In this document: piece by piece, positions 41,248 through 53,444 of the stretch
How the letters are laid out: each line of letters starts with the position of its first letter
Position numbering within the stretch: position 1 is the stretch's first letter
DNA from: an uncultured bacterium
GTDB lineage: Bacteria > Actinomycetota > Acidimicrobiia > Spongiisociales > UBA5794
Length of the DNA stretch: 64,000 bases
NCBI GenBank assembly: GCA_963801165.1
Contig: CAWDDT010000003.1
Coordinates: forward strand, 1 to 64,000
Direction of reading: 5' to 3'
Made by a program: the position numbers and the translations under genes
Notes under the pieces: model-generated
Databases searched by the model: none
What the model was told of the DNA's origin: nothing
The model's input: the letters and a program-made list of their open reading frames with translations, nothing else

Positions 41248-41679
41248 CTAGGCAAGCGGCTCTCGTGGAGCTTGTCCAAAACTGCTCGGTCGCATCCATG
41301 TCATTGTGAAGCAGGTCGGCGCCGGGCCGGTGGGTCCACGCTGTCGATAATGCGACGGCGTTTCACCAACGACCTGCCTGAATGTCCTGATGAAAGTACT
41401 CAGGCTGGCGAAACCGACTTCGAAGCAGATGTCGGTGATGGTCAGCCCCGTGTTGCGGAGTCGGAACATGGCGCGCTCGATCCGTCTTCTTTGGAGGTAG
41501 CGGTGCGGTGTCTCTCCGAACGTCTCCTTGAACCGTCTTATGAAATGCGCCTCAGAGACGTGAGCGATTCCGGCCAATGTCGGGATGTCCAGCGGCTCGG
41601 CGTACGTACGGTCCATGGCGTCGCGAGCGCGCAACACCCACCGGTTCGATTCTTCGGTGGCGCGGGTCATCGTGTCCAT
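41248..41679 (-). CDS. Stand-alone AraC HTH regulator
   Basis: RARDAMDRTY, FGETPHRYLQRRRIERA. Confidence 0.9.
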   Translation of the reverse strand: MDTMTRATEESNRWVLRARDAMDRTYAEPLDIPTLAGIAHVSEAHFIRRFKETFGETPHRYLQRRRIERAMFRLRNTGLTITDICFEVGFASLSTFIRTFRQVVGETPSHYRQRGPTGPAPTCFTMTWMRPSSFGQAPREPLA

Positions 41680-41949
41680 CCTGTTGAATGCTTCACCGGG
41701 AATCAAACTACTTCAATCTCTACCGTTGCTCCCGACAGGGAGCTCCGGATAGCTCGTCGTGCGGTGCGATTCAACCCGTGGGAGCAAGAGAGCGAGTGGG
41801 GAAAACCAGGTCAGCCTCGGCCTGGAGTACACAATGATTCGAGGCAAGGGCGCAAGCGCCAGGCTCCGCGGAGGAGGTAAGCGGGAATCCCAGGCAAACA
41901 GCCGGCTGGCTGCGATGTCCGCTCGCATCGACTCTGCGCGAAGCGCATC

Positions 41950-42120
41950 GCTGGTGCGAAAGCCAGTTTTCGACCGGGCACTCCACGTCGTTTCCTACGA
42001 GATAGTGCTGCGGGACGGCCCAATCACGGAAATCGCGGTCGAGGGCGCCGATGATGGCGAAGGAAGGCGGCTCAGGGTCAACTCCGCGGTTGACCTCGAT
42101 CTAGCTCAAATCGGTGCCGG
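41950..42120 (+). pseudogene. Possible EAL-HDOD (YuxH-like) N-terminal fragment
   Basis: RKPVFDRALHVVSYEIVLR resembles RQPIFD....V.AYELLFR. Confidence 0.4.
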
Positions 42121-42129
42121 CAAGCGGGC

Positions 42130-42434
42130 GCAGCTACGGCGATTCGTTCGAGGATACCGACCTGGAGCAGGTGCTCGCCGAGCGCGGCGTAGGCCGGTTG
42201 GTGGTGACCGGTGCGCAGACTGACGAATGCATCCGCTCGACTATCCATGGGGCCTTTGTTCGCAGTTACGACGTGACTCTGGTCGGCGATGCCCACACGA
42301 CGGAGGATTCGACCGCATGGGGTGCTCTCCCGCCAGACAAGGTGATTGCACACACGAACCTCTACTGGAAGTATCAATCCTCACCTCGGCGCCATGCCGG
42401 CACCGTCGACACAGCCGAGGTCAGCTTCGAGTGA
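42130..42434 (+). pseudogene. Isochorismatase/cysteine hydrolase C-terminal fragment
   Basis: YGDSFEDTDL, TGAQTDECIRST, DAHTTED; N-terminus missing. Confidence 0.75.
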
Positions 42435-42524
42435 TCGGGTGGGCGGCGAAACGCCTCAGGTAACGGGGGCGCTCTGGTGGGTTGAACGCCGCATGACCCG
42501 CCCTGCCGGCTCAGTGAGCACGTA

Positions 42525-42558
42525 GATGGACCCGGCCCCCAGAGAGGGCCGGGTCCAT
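42525..42558. terminator. Hairpin terminator
   Basis: ATGGACCCGGCCC...GGGCCGGGTCCAT. Confidence 0.7.
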
Positions 42559-42578
42559 TGTCAGCAGTTCGTTGTTGT

Positions 42579-44852
42579 CTACGGGATTTCGTTCACACGG
42601 TCGGTGCTCGGGGGAGCGACCGCGCCGCTCGCCGCAAAGTAGTCGATCAACGCCTGGAGGTCGTTGCCTCCGCCGAGCCTTGTCGACGTTACCTCGCCGA
42701 AGGTGGTGAAGTTGTCTCCACCATCCGCCAGGAAGTTGTTCACCGTCACCGTGTACGTTGCGCCCATATCGAGCGGTGAGCCGTTGACCATGACGTTGCT
42801 GATCGTCACCGAGGTGCAATCTCCCGTCATGTCGATCGTCTTGGACAGGTCATATGTGAACCCGTCCGACACCCCGAGGTGCAAGAAGGGACGGCTCGAC
42901 CCGGCCGGCTGGCACTGCTCCTCGAGCACGGACTGGATCTGTGCCCCTGTCATGTCGTACGTCACCAGCGTGTTGCTGAACGGCTGGAATGTGAACGCCT
43001 CGCCGTAGGTAACGACGCCGTCGCCCTCACCGGCCGATTCTGCGTACAGGAGATCCGACCGAACCCCGCCCGGGTTCATGAACGCGACGTCCGCGCCGTA
43101 GAGAGACGTTGCCCACTTCTGGGCATCGGCAACCAGGTTGCCGGCCGCCGACTCGACACCACGATCGTCTCCCGGGGGAGTGCCGCCACGGACGATGTCC
43201 GCAGTGATCTCGCCGACCGGGTCGTTGGCGAATGCATCAAACAGCACCTGCCACTTGGCGATGATCGAGGTCATTGCCGGATCCGGAGTCAGGTCCGCCT
43301 GGATCACGGCATGGTTGACGGCCGTGCTCTCGTCACGCACTACATCGCCCGTCCGTGGGTCGATCACCAGATTCAGCTCCGAAACGACCCGTCCATACGA
43401 GTACGCGCTCGTCACCATGCGCGGCACGCCGTCGGGGTCGTTGAGCAGGCAGTTGTATGGCAAGTGAGTATGGCCCGTGATCACCGCATCGATGGCGGGA
43501 TCCAGCGCCGCGTTTATGGCAACAATCGGGCCCGAGATCCCTTCGCAGGCATCTATGGCCCCCGGCGCCGGTGTCTGTGACCCGCCCTCGTGCAAGAGCA
43601 CGATGATGGTCTCGACACCCTGTGCCTCCAGGATCGGAACGAGCGCGTTCGCCGTGTCCGCCTCATTGAGGAAATCCCAGCCGGTGATACCGGCGGCGGC
43701 AACCAGCGTATCGGTCGCCTCGAGCGTCATCCCGATGAACGCGACCTGGGTGGTGCCGACCTGGGTGATCCAGTAGGGCGGCAACACGGTGTCCCCTGTG
43801 GTTTCACTGACGACGTTGGCAGCGAGCCACGGGAAGTCCGCACCCGTGTACGGATTGCCAGGGAAGTAACAGCCGTCGACCGGGTGGCAGCCACCGTTCT
43901 GCATGCGGAGCAATTCGGTGACACCCTCGTCGAACTCGTGGTTGCCCACGCTCGAGACGTCGAGACCCATTGCGTTCAGCGATTCGACCGAGGGCTCGTC
44001 GTGGAACAGACCCGAGAAAGCCGGGGAACCACCGATGAGGTCACCAGCGGCCACGGTCAGGGTGTGATCGTGACCGGCGCGCAGGTCGGACAACTCGCTT
44101 GATAGATATTCGGAGCCACCGGCTGCTTCGCCTTCGATGCTACCCGGTGTGCTCGCCTGGAGATGGCCGTGATAGTCGTTGAATGCAAGGATCTGCAGTT
44201 CGACATCGGTGAGGCTGCGATGCAGCAACGCCGCCATCTGGCCGCGGGTGACCGGGTCGTCGGGGCAGTAGTTGTCGTTGGTCGGGGGATTGCACCCTCG
44301 CGTGATTCCGGCTGTGCCGATCTTGTCGATGGCGTTCTCGAATATCGAGGAGTCGTCATCGGTGAACAGATCTGCTCCCACACCGTCGGTCAGCCCGAGC
44401 GCTCTGGTGAGGAACGCAGCCATCTGGCCGCGGGTGACCGGGTCGTCGGGGCAGTAGTTGTCGTTCGCCGGGGGATTGCACCCGAGCGTGATCCCGGCTG
44501 TGCCGATCATGTCGATCGAGTCCTCGAATATCGAGGAATTGTCATCGGTGAACAGATCGGCTCCCACACCGTCTGTCAGTCCCAGCGACCTCGCCAGGAA
44601 CGCAGCCATCTGGCCGCGGGTGACCGGGTCATCCGGGCAGTACTGGTCGTTTGCCGGGGGATTGCACCCAGATGTGTATCCGTTGTCTGCCATCCACTGA
44701 ATGTCCCCCTCAAAGATGGATGTGTCGTCGTCGGTGAATGTTCCTCCGGTTGCACTGGCGGCCACCGGCGTTAGTGCGGCCAAGGCAATCGCCGCGGCAA
44801 AGACAACCACCAATGACCGTCCTCGAGCGCGAACGAACTTGCGTCTACTCAA
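42579..44852 (-). CDS. Secreted 5'-nucleotidase/metallophosphatase with three SLH-like repeats
   Basis: NDYHG, AAGDLIG, GNHEFD, GHTH, NPGGVR, QPFSN; three GCNPP..YCPDDPVTRGQMAA repeats. Confidence 0.92.
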   Translation of the reverse strand: MSRRKFVRARGRSLVVVFAAAIALAALTPVAASATGGTFTDDDTSIFEGDIQWMADNGYTSGCNPPANDQYCPDDPVTRGQMAAFLARSLGLTDGVGADLFTDDNSSIFEDSIDMIGTAGITLGCNPPANDNYCPDDPVTRGQMAAFLTRALGLTDGVGADLFTDDDSSIFENAIDKIGTAGITRGCNPPTNDNYCPDDPVTRGQMAALLHRSLTDVELQILAFNDYHGHLQASTPGSIEGEAAGGSEYLSSELSDLRAGHDHTLTVAAGDLIGGSPAFSGLFHDEPSVESLNAMGLDVSSVGNHEFDEGVTELLRMQNGGCHPVDGCYFPGNPYTGADFPWLAANVVSETTGDTVLPPYWITQVGTTQVAFIGMTLEATDTLVAAAGITGWDFLNEADTANALVPILEAQGVETIIVLLHEGGSQTPAPGAIDACEGISGPIVAINAALDPAIDAVITGHTHLPYNCLLNDPDGVPRMVTSAYSYGRVVSELNLVIDPRTGDVVRDESTAVNHAVIQADLTPDPAMTSIIAKWQVLFDAFANDPVGEITADIVRGGTPPGDDRGVESAAGNLVADAQKWATSLYGADVAFMNPGGVRSDLLYAESAGEGDGVVTYGEAFTFQPFSNTLVTYDMTGAQIQSVLEEQCQPAGSSRPFLHLGVSDGFTYDLSKTIDMTGDCTSVTISNVMVNGSPLDMGATYTVTVNNFLADGGDNFTTFGEVTSTRLGGGNDLQALIDYFAASGAVAPPSTDRVNEIP

Positions 44853-45066
44853 GATCGGACTCCTTCCGTTCCTCCACGTGGGCTGCTACCAGCCAGCGTG
44901 CTTCGCCGGCTGGTTTGGAGCGATACCCTCCGTACTTCGAAACCTACCTGTTTATAACTGGCTATGGCGGAGAAACCGGCATGAACGTGTTGGATCTATC
45001 TTCGCCCGGACGCGAGAACGCCCATATTCCCACTCTGCGCGCATCACACTGTCTGCTGTGGTCAGC

Positions 45067-45822
45067 TCAGGCGACGGCGCCGAAGACCGCGGCGATGACA
45101 CGCTGGGCTTCCTTGGGGCCGGTCACCTCGAGGGACACCTCGTCGCCGCCGATTCCGATGTCGAAGTGAAAGAACGAGCAACACACCTGTTCGGCCGCGG
45201 CCAGTTCCGCCAGGGTTGCGACATCGACGCTGCGATCAAACCTCACCCGCACCCCGCCGGGGACCCGCTCCCGCGTCCCTCCTGCATTCGACAGCATCCG
45301 AGTCCAGGCTGTGATCCGGTCGCCGACCGCGCCGGCGTTCAGCGAGCAGGCTATGTCCCGGCTGTTGGCTCCCCCCAGCGGTATGGAGTCCAACGCTTGG
45401 GAATGCCGCGTTGGCTGCGGGTCGGAACGGCACCCGCAGTCGTCGTCACAAGCGTGCTCGGGGGTGTGTATTCCCAGTCGAGCCGCGGCCGTCTGCAACT
45501 GACCGGTGAACGCCACGAGCTCCGCAACCTGACGCTGTGCCTGCCGGATACGTTCGTCGACCAACTGACGAATCCGGAGTTGTACCGGTGCGCACTCCCC
45601 TTGGTCGAGAAGCGAAAGAAGCTCGGCAATGTCGCCTAGGTGCAACCCGAGTTGCTTTCCCCGGGCCACGAACCGCAACGACTCCAAGTGATCGTCGCGA
45701 TAGCTGCGATAGCCTGCTGCCGTTCGCTCGGGGATCACGACCCCCTGCCGTTCGTAGAAGCGCAGGGCCGACACGCTGAACCCGGTCGCCTCGGCCGCCT
45801 CAGAGATCCGATATCCATCCAT
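45067..45822 (-). CDS. MerR-family regulator with Cys-rich C-terminal extension
   Basis: ALRFYERQG, GYRSY; ACDDDCGC, IACSL, EQVCCSFF. Confidence 0.88.
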   Translation of the reverse strand: MDGYRISEAAEATGFSVSALRFYERQGVVIPERTAAGYRSYRDDHLESLRFVARGKQLGLHLGDIAELLSLLDQGECAPVQLRIRQLVDERIRQAQRQVAELVAFTGQLQTAAARLGIHTPEHACDDDCGCRSDPQPTRHSQALDSIPLGGANSRDIACSLNAGAVGDRITAWTRMLSNAGGTRERVPGGVRVRFDRSVDVATLAELAAAEQVCCSFFHFDIGIGGDEVSLEVTGPKEAQRVIAAVFGAVA

Positions 45823-45828
45823 TCGGCC

Positions 45829-45860
45829 ACCCTAAACCCTCGACCCGGGTCGAGGGTCAA
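45829..45860 (-). promoter_or_regulatory. MerR-type long-spacer leaderless promoter
   Basis: TTGACC-N20-TAGGGT containing the perfect 22-bp palindrome ACCCTCGACCCGGGTCGAGGGT. Confidence 0.8.
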
Positions 45861-45995
45861 GACGGATCCGAGAAAACGGGGGCGGCCGTCGATCTGCCGC
45901 GCACTCAATGGTGTCGGCGATACTGTGCACGGTGGCGCATCCTGTTTCGCCCACTGCTCCCATCACCGGGGATCTCATCGGTAGAGTGCGCGGCT

Positions 45996-46775
45996 ATGGA
46001 TCGATGGGACGGTGGCAACGACTACGACAAGTTCATGGGCCGCTGGAGCCGGGTCGTAGCCGCGGGCTTCCTGAAAGGTCTGACGACCCCTCCTGGGATG
46101 ACCTGGCTGGATGTCGGCTGTGGCACTGGTGCCCTGTCGGAGGCGATCGTCGCAGCCATGAACCCCTTGTCCGTGTTCGCGGTCGACTCGTCGCCGGACT
46201 TCGTTGAGTACGCCCGAACACAGCTGCGGGAGAGGGCGGCGATCGAGGTCGCCTCCGCGGCACGTCTGCCTTTTCCCGACAAGACCTTCGACGTGTTGGT
46301 GAGTGGTTTGCTGTTGAATTTCGTCGCGGATCCCGCGGCGGCAATTGCCGAATGGGCACGGGTGACCAGAACCGGTGGGAAGATCGCGGCGTACGTCTGG
46401 GATTACGCCGACGGAATGGAATTCCTCAGGCGGTTCTGGGATGCGGCGACCAATCTCGACGCGGCAGCGGTCGATGTCGACGAGGGTGTTCGCTTCCCAA
46501 TATGCCAGCCCGGGCCGCTCGTGGCTCTGTTCACCCAGAGCGGATTGACCGAAGTGGCCTCAGGTAGTGTTCAGATCGAAACGATATTCACCGGATTCGA
46601 CGACTACTGGGCTCCGTTCCTCACCGGCCAGGGCCCGGCGCCGACGTATGTCTCCACGCTCGACGAGCACAGTCGCTCGCGGTTGGAAAACGCATTGCGA
46701 ACCTCGCTCCCAGCCGGACCGAACGGCGAGATCGAGCTGACAGCAAGAGCATGGACCGTGGTCGCCACTGTATGA
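45996..46775 (+). CDS. Class I SAM-dependent methyltransferase
   Basis: WLDVGCGTG, LPFPDKTFD. Confidence 0.9.
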   Translation: MDRWDGGNDYDKFMGRWSRVVAAGFLKGLTTPPGMTWLDVGCGTGALSEAIVAAMNPLSVFAVDSSPDFVEYARTQLRERAAIEVASAARLPFPDKTFDVLVSGLLLNFVADPAAAIAEWARVTRTGGKIAAYVWDYADGMEFLRRFWDAATNLDAAAVDVDEGVRFPICQPGPLVALFTQSGLTEVASGSVQIETIFTGFDDYWAPFLTGQGPAPTYVSTLDEHSRSRLENALRTSLPAGPNGEIELTARAWTVVATV

Positions 46776-46873
46776 CATCGGAGTCGCAGCCGGGACCCTG
46801 AGTCCCACTTGCGGACGTCCACGAAGAGCGCCGAAGCGCGGCACGTCCGAACCCGTGGGATAGATTCCTGTAG

Positions 46874-48046
46874 GTGACTCGGAGCCCGTTGACGTTGAAG
46901 GTGACCTGGAGTGGCGTTACCGCGCGGCGCATGGCACGTCATGGTCTCTCCGAACGTGCCACCGGGGTGTCCCCGGCCGACATGGCCGGTGTCCTGTGCG
47001 GGGCGCACGCCCAGATCATGACCGCGGCCGTACTATCGCTCGGACGGCGCATAGCGGGCGCCACCCGGGCCAATGTCGAGCGCGCCCTTTGGGAGGATCG
47101 CACCCTGGTCAAGACGTTTGGGCCGCGCGGAACGGTGCATCTGCTGCCGGCCGCCGACCTGCCGATGTGGACGGGAGCGCTGTCGGCACTGCCATCGCCA
47201 GCGCCAAACCAGCCAGAGCCGGTCCGTTTCGCGCCGGACCAGACCGACGAGGTCATCGCCGCCATCGGCGACGCCCTGGCCGACGCCGAGCTCACCGTTG
47301 ACGAGCTGACCGAAGCGATCCGGGAGCGCACCGGGCCGTGGGCGGTCGAGCGAACCATGGACGCGTTTCAGGACAAATGGCCGCGATGGCGGCTGGTGAC
47401 GACCACGGCCGCACACCGTGGCGTGCTCTGCTTCGGGCCGAATCGCGGCCGCAACGTGACGTATACGAGCCCACACCGGTGGCTACCCGACTTCCGTCCC
47501 GAGGAGGGCAACAGTGCCGTGCGGAGCCTCCTTGCCCGCTACCTGTACGCCTATGGTCCGGCAACTCCGCAGAACTTCGCGAAGTGGCTGAACATCTCGC
47601 CGCGACTATCGACCGGGCTCTTTGACCGGTCGGTGGACGAGTTGGACCGCGTCGAACTCGAGGGCACCGCTGCGTGGGTACTGGCCGGGGATACCGACAT
47701 GCCGCAGGAGCCGCATCGCGGGATCCGGCTGTTGCCCTACTTCGACGCTTTCGTTGTCGCATGTCAGCCACGTGAGCTGCTCTACCCCGGGGCGGCTGCT
47801 GCCCGTGCGCTGACTCGCTCGGCGCAGGCGGGGAATTACCCGGTGGTGCTCGTAGACGGCGTGGTTGGCGGCGTGTGGCACCAGCGGCGCTCCGGGAGGA
47901 AGCTCGCACTCACTGTCGAACCGCTGCGAAAGCTGACCGCACCCCAACGCCGGCAGCTAAACGACGAGATCGACCTGGTGGGCGAGGTGATGAAGGCTGA
48001 GCCGACCGTGACCGTCGGCACGGTGGCGGTCGGCCCACACGCTTGA
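46874..48046 (+). CDS. HTH_42 (AlkZ/YcaQ-like) winged-helix DNA glycosylase family protein
   Basis: GAHAQ, KTFGPRGTVHL, YGPAT..FAKW, LLPYFD, LVDGVVGGVW. Confidence 0.85.
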   Translation: MTRSPLTLKVTWSGVTARRMARHGLSERATGVSPADMAGVLCGAHAQIMTAAVLSLGRRIAGATRANVERALWEDRTLVKTFGPRGTVHLLPAADLPMWTGALSALPSPAPNQPEPVRFAPDQTDEVIAAIGDALADAELTVDELTEAIRERTGPWAVERTMDAFQDKWPRWRLVTTTAAHRGVLCFGPNRGRNVTYTSPHRWLPDFRPEEGNSAVRSLLARYLYAYGPATPQNFAKWLNISPRLSTGLFDRSVDELDRVELEGTAAWVLAGDTDMPQEPHRGIRLLPYFDAFVVACQPRELLYPGAAAARALTRSAQAGNYPVVLVDGVVGGVWHQRRSGRKLALTVEPLRKLTAPQRRQLNDEIDLVGEVMKAEPTVTVGTVAVGPHA

Positions 48047-48113
48047 CAGTGGGAATGGTGTCGTCGAAACCCGGGTAGGGACCGAACCGCCGTGCGGAGC
48101 GTATTCTTTCGAG

Positions 48114-48704
48114 ATGGATGAGATAAGAGCCAAAGCCGAGTTGCACCGTTACCTGAAGATGGCGTGGGATTCCCTGCTCTGGAAGACCGAAGGATTGTCG
48201 GAATACAACGTGAGGCGTCCTCTGACGCCTACCGGGACGAACCTGCTCGGGTTGCTGAAACATGTCGCCAGTGTGAGCGTCGGCTACCTGGGGGACTGCT
48301 TCGGGCGGCCTTTCCCCGAGACGCCGTCGTGGTTCGACGATGACGCTGAGGTCAACGCGGACATGTGGGTTCCCGCTGATGAGTCGCGTCAGTTCATCTT
48401 CGATTTCTGGGACCGTGCCTGGGCGCACGCCAACGCCACCATCGATGCGCTTCCGCTGGGGGCCGAGGGCGTAGTGCCGTGGTGGCCGGAGGATCGCAAT
48501 CCGGTCACTCTGCACCAGATCCTGCTGCACGTGGCGACCGAGGTAAATCGCCATGCCGGGCACGCCGACATCCTGCGCGAGCTTATTGACGGAAGCGTTG
48601 GTCATCGTCCGGCGGTGAGCAACATGCCCGATGACGACGCCATCGACTGGCCCGCCTACTTCGACAGAGTCGAGCACGCCGCCCGCACAGCCCAGCGCGC
48701 CTAG
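48114..48704 (+). CDS. DinB/DUF664 family protein
   Basis: [26 protein letters not shown]. Confidence 0.88.
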   Translation: MDEIRAKAELHRYLKMAWDSLLWKTEGLSEYNVRRPLTPTGTNLLGLLKHVASVSVGYLGDCFGRPFPETPSWFDDDAEVNADMWVPADESRQFIFDFWDRAWAHANATIDALPLGAEGVVPWWPEDRNPVTLHQILLHVATEVNRHAGHADILRELIDGSVGHRPAVSNMPDDDAIDWPAYFDRVEHAARTAQRA

Positions 48705-48892
48705 AGAACCAGGCGCGCCCGGGGTGCGACGCCCGACTCGATATTGGACCCGTGTGTGTCCTGGTTTGCGATGGCGGCGTGGCGAGGAGTCGGCGGCGCC
48801 CGCCCGGCCGGTCGCGATCGAAGACCTCGACCGGTCGGATGGTGAGAACGAGTGGCGCCAACGCAGTGCCGCCAGCATTTGCTGTATGAGTA

Positions 48893-48917
48893 TGATTTTT
48901 GATAGAGTCCAAAATCA
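48893..48917. promoter_or_regulatory. Putative FurA operator
   Basis: AT-rich inverted repeat TGATTTTTGA-TAGAG-TCCAAAATCA directly upstream of furA. Confidence 0.6.
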
Positions 48918-48918
48918 G

Positions 48919-51638
<2,720 letters not shown>

Positions 51639-51662
51639 TCCCGACGCACGGTCGATGGTGCG

Positions 51663-51706
51663 AGGGTGGTCATACAGGCAGCAACCTGCCGGGGTGGCCA
51701 CCCTCT
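51663..51706. terminator. Hairpin after katG
   Basis: GAGGGTGGTCA...TGGCCACCCTC with inner GGCAG/CTGCC. Confidence 0.6.
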
Positions 51707-51720
51707 TCACCCCACACCGA

Positions 51721-52053
51721 TCAGCTGTCCATCTCTTCTGATTGGACGTAATCCGCCAGTCGCTGCAGCGTCCGCTCCCACGTTTCGGCACGCGTTGCGA
51801 GCCAGCGGCCGGCGGCGTCGAGCGGCGCAGGATCGATTCGGTATCGCTGTTCCCGACCTTGTCGTTCGGGCATGACCAGCCCGGCATCTTCGAGAGTTTG
51901 AAGATGCCGGGCGACGGCCTGGCGGGTGATGGGTAGGGCCGCGGACAGCTGGGTCACGGTTACCGTCGTCCCACCGGCGATGTGCTCGAGGATCTCGAGG
52001 CGGCGCGGGTCCGACAGAGCCCAGAACGTGGCTACGTTCCCGATCCGGTTCAC
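51721..52053 (-). CDS. ArsR-family regulator
   Basis: FWALSDPRR, ITRQAVARHL..LEDAGLV, GRE. Confidence 0.85.
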   Translation of the reverse strand: MNRIGNVATFWALSDPRRLEILEHIAGGTTVTVTQLSAALPITRQAVARHLQTLEDAGLVMPERQGREQRYRIDPAPLDAAGRWLATRAETWERTLQRLADYVQSEEMDS

Positions 52054-52493
52054 TGTGCCGTGATCCCTTCGAGAAGTCGCTGGAGGTCGGCGAGCTCGTG
52101 TTCCCACCCGTCGGTGTTCTCGGTGAGCCTTGTCTCGTAGATGTCTGCCGGTAGCGCCGCAAAACCCGTCTCGACCACTGTCACGGTGGTGTTCCCGTCC
52201 CCCTCGGTCAGGTCGAACGTCACTTTCGTGCTCCAGGTGGATCCGTCGCCGGCGATGTGGGCAGCCCAGCTGAAGGAGAACCGAGTGGGCGGTACCACCT
52301 CGTCGACCACGCCTTCGACCTCGAACCCGTATTCCGACCACCCCAGCTTGATGGCGCCGCCCGTCCTGAGATCGATCTCGGCTGAGTCACCGAACCATCG
52401 TGCCAGGTGGTCGGCCCGGGTCAACGCTTCCCAGACGCGGGCGATCGGTTGCGACACGGTGACGCTTCGCTCGATTGCATCGGTCTTCATCAT
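52050..52493 (-). CDS. SRPBCC/AHSA1 protein
   Basis: VWEALT..HLARWF, VVETGF, NTDGWEHEL. Confidence 0.88.
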   Translation of the reverse strand: MMKTDAIERSVTVSQPIARVWEALTRADHLARWFGDSAEIDLRTGGAIKLGWSEYGFEVEGVVDEVVPPTRFSFSWAAHIAGDGSTWSTKVTFDLTEGDGNTTVTVVETGFAALPADIYETRLTENTDGWEHELADLQRLLEGITAQ

Positions 52494-52512
52494 GCATCCT
52501 CCTCGATGATAG

Positions 52513-52556
52513 GCAACAGATATGTTGCGTGTGACGATGCGCAACATATCTATTGC
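52513..52556. promoter_or_regulatory. Twin ArsR-type operators
   Basis: GCAACAGATATGTTGC and GCAACATATCTATTGC. Confidence 0.65.
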
Positions 52557-52600
52557 ATGTTGGGTTGTGAAGCACTCGAGGCCGGCCGGGGTCGCCAACG

Positions 52601-52634
52601 CTGGAGAGCCCGGGCATTTGCCCGGGCTCTCCAG
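52601..52634. terminator. Perfect hairpin
   Basis: CTGGAGAGCCCGGGCA-TT-TGCCCGGGCTCTCCAG. Confidence 0.75.
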
Positions 52635-52670
52635 ATCCCGATCGAGGGTCACCGCGATGCTCGAGGTGAG

Positions 52671-53348
52671 TCAGACGATGGCGCGCTTCTCGGACTGCGC
52701 CGTCGCCTTGAGCATCGAGACTGCTGCCCACAGCGTCCACAGCATGAACAGCATCAGGCTGAAGACGCTGAATACACCGTTCACGACGAGGAGACCGCCC
52801 CCGGCCAGGGAGGCGCTGGCGACCAGGGCTACCACGGCGACCCCGAAACCAGCCCTTGACACGCGGCGTGATATGACACCACCGGCCGGACCGGCGACGG
52901 CAACGGCCCCGGCGAAGAGAGCCATCGGAATCCTCACCGTGGACTCGGCGATCTGCGCGAGGCGCAGGACTGTGTCCAGCACCGCGGCATCCGCTCGAGA
53001 CCAGGGAGATCCGAGTCCTGCGGCCAGGAGGAACACGTGGTCGAGGGTCGTCAGGATCAGGACGCCGGCAACACCGATCCCGCCTACGACGATGGCAGCG
53101 TGCGCTGCACCCTGTTCGCCGAGGCGGGCCAGCAATACAGCGGCGAAGACGACCAGCAGTGCAACCGCTATGCCACCGACCCAGGCGTCGATGGAGATAC
53201 CCGACCCTGCCGCGTTGACCTTCTCAACGAGCGTGGTCGGGCCGTCGCCCCACTCTCCGGTGTCGGGGCCCAGTATCACCCGGGCCACCATTGTTACGAA
53301 GAAGAGGATTCCGGAGATCGCACCCCACTTCTGGAGATTCTTGCTCAT
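52671..53348 (-). CDS. Multi-TM membrane protein (DUF4386-like)
   Basis: About 6 TM helices; AAAGGA RBS. Confidence 0.7.
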   Translation of the reverse strand: MSKNLQKWGAISGILFFVTMVARVILGPDTGEWGDGPTTLVEKVNAAGSGISIDAWVGGIAVALLVVFAAVLLARLGEQGAAHAAIVVGGIGVAGVLILTTLDHVFLLAAGLGSPWSRADAAVLDTVLRLAQIAESTVRIPMALFAGAVAVAGPAGGVISRRVSRAGFGVAVVALVASASLAGGGLLVVNGVFSVFSLMLFMLWTLWAAVSMLKATAQSEKRAIV

Positions 53349-53444
53349 TGCTTTTCCTTTCGTAGGCGTCCGACCTCGTGCCGGACGCCGCAATGAGTAC
53401 CGCAAGGCGATTTGGGTGTGTCTAAAGCCTGGTGAAAGTGGACC

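Noticed and set aside
41726-41788. tRNA-like element or MITE bounded by TTGCTCCC/GGGAGCAA
   Set aside because: Too short, no convincing cloverleaf, single copy.
46778-46800. Further tRNA-fMet remnant (also 33266-33278)
   Set aside because: Matches are too short to exceed chance at this GC content.
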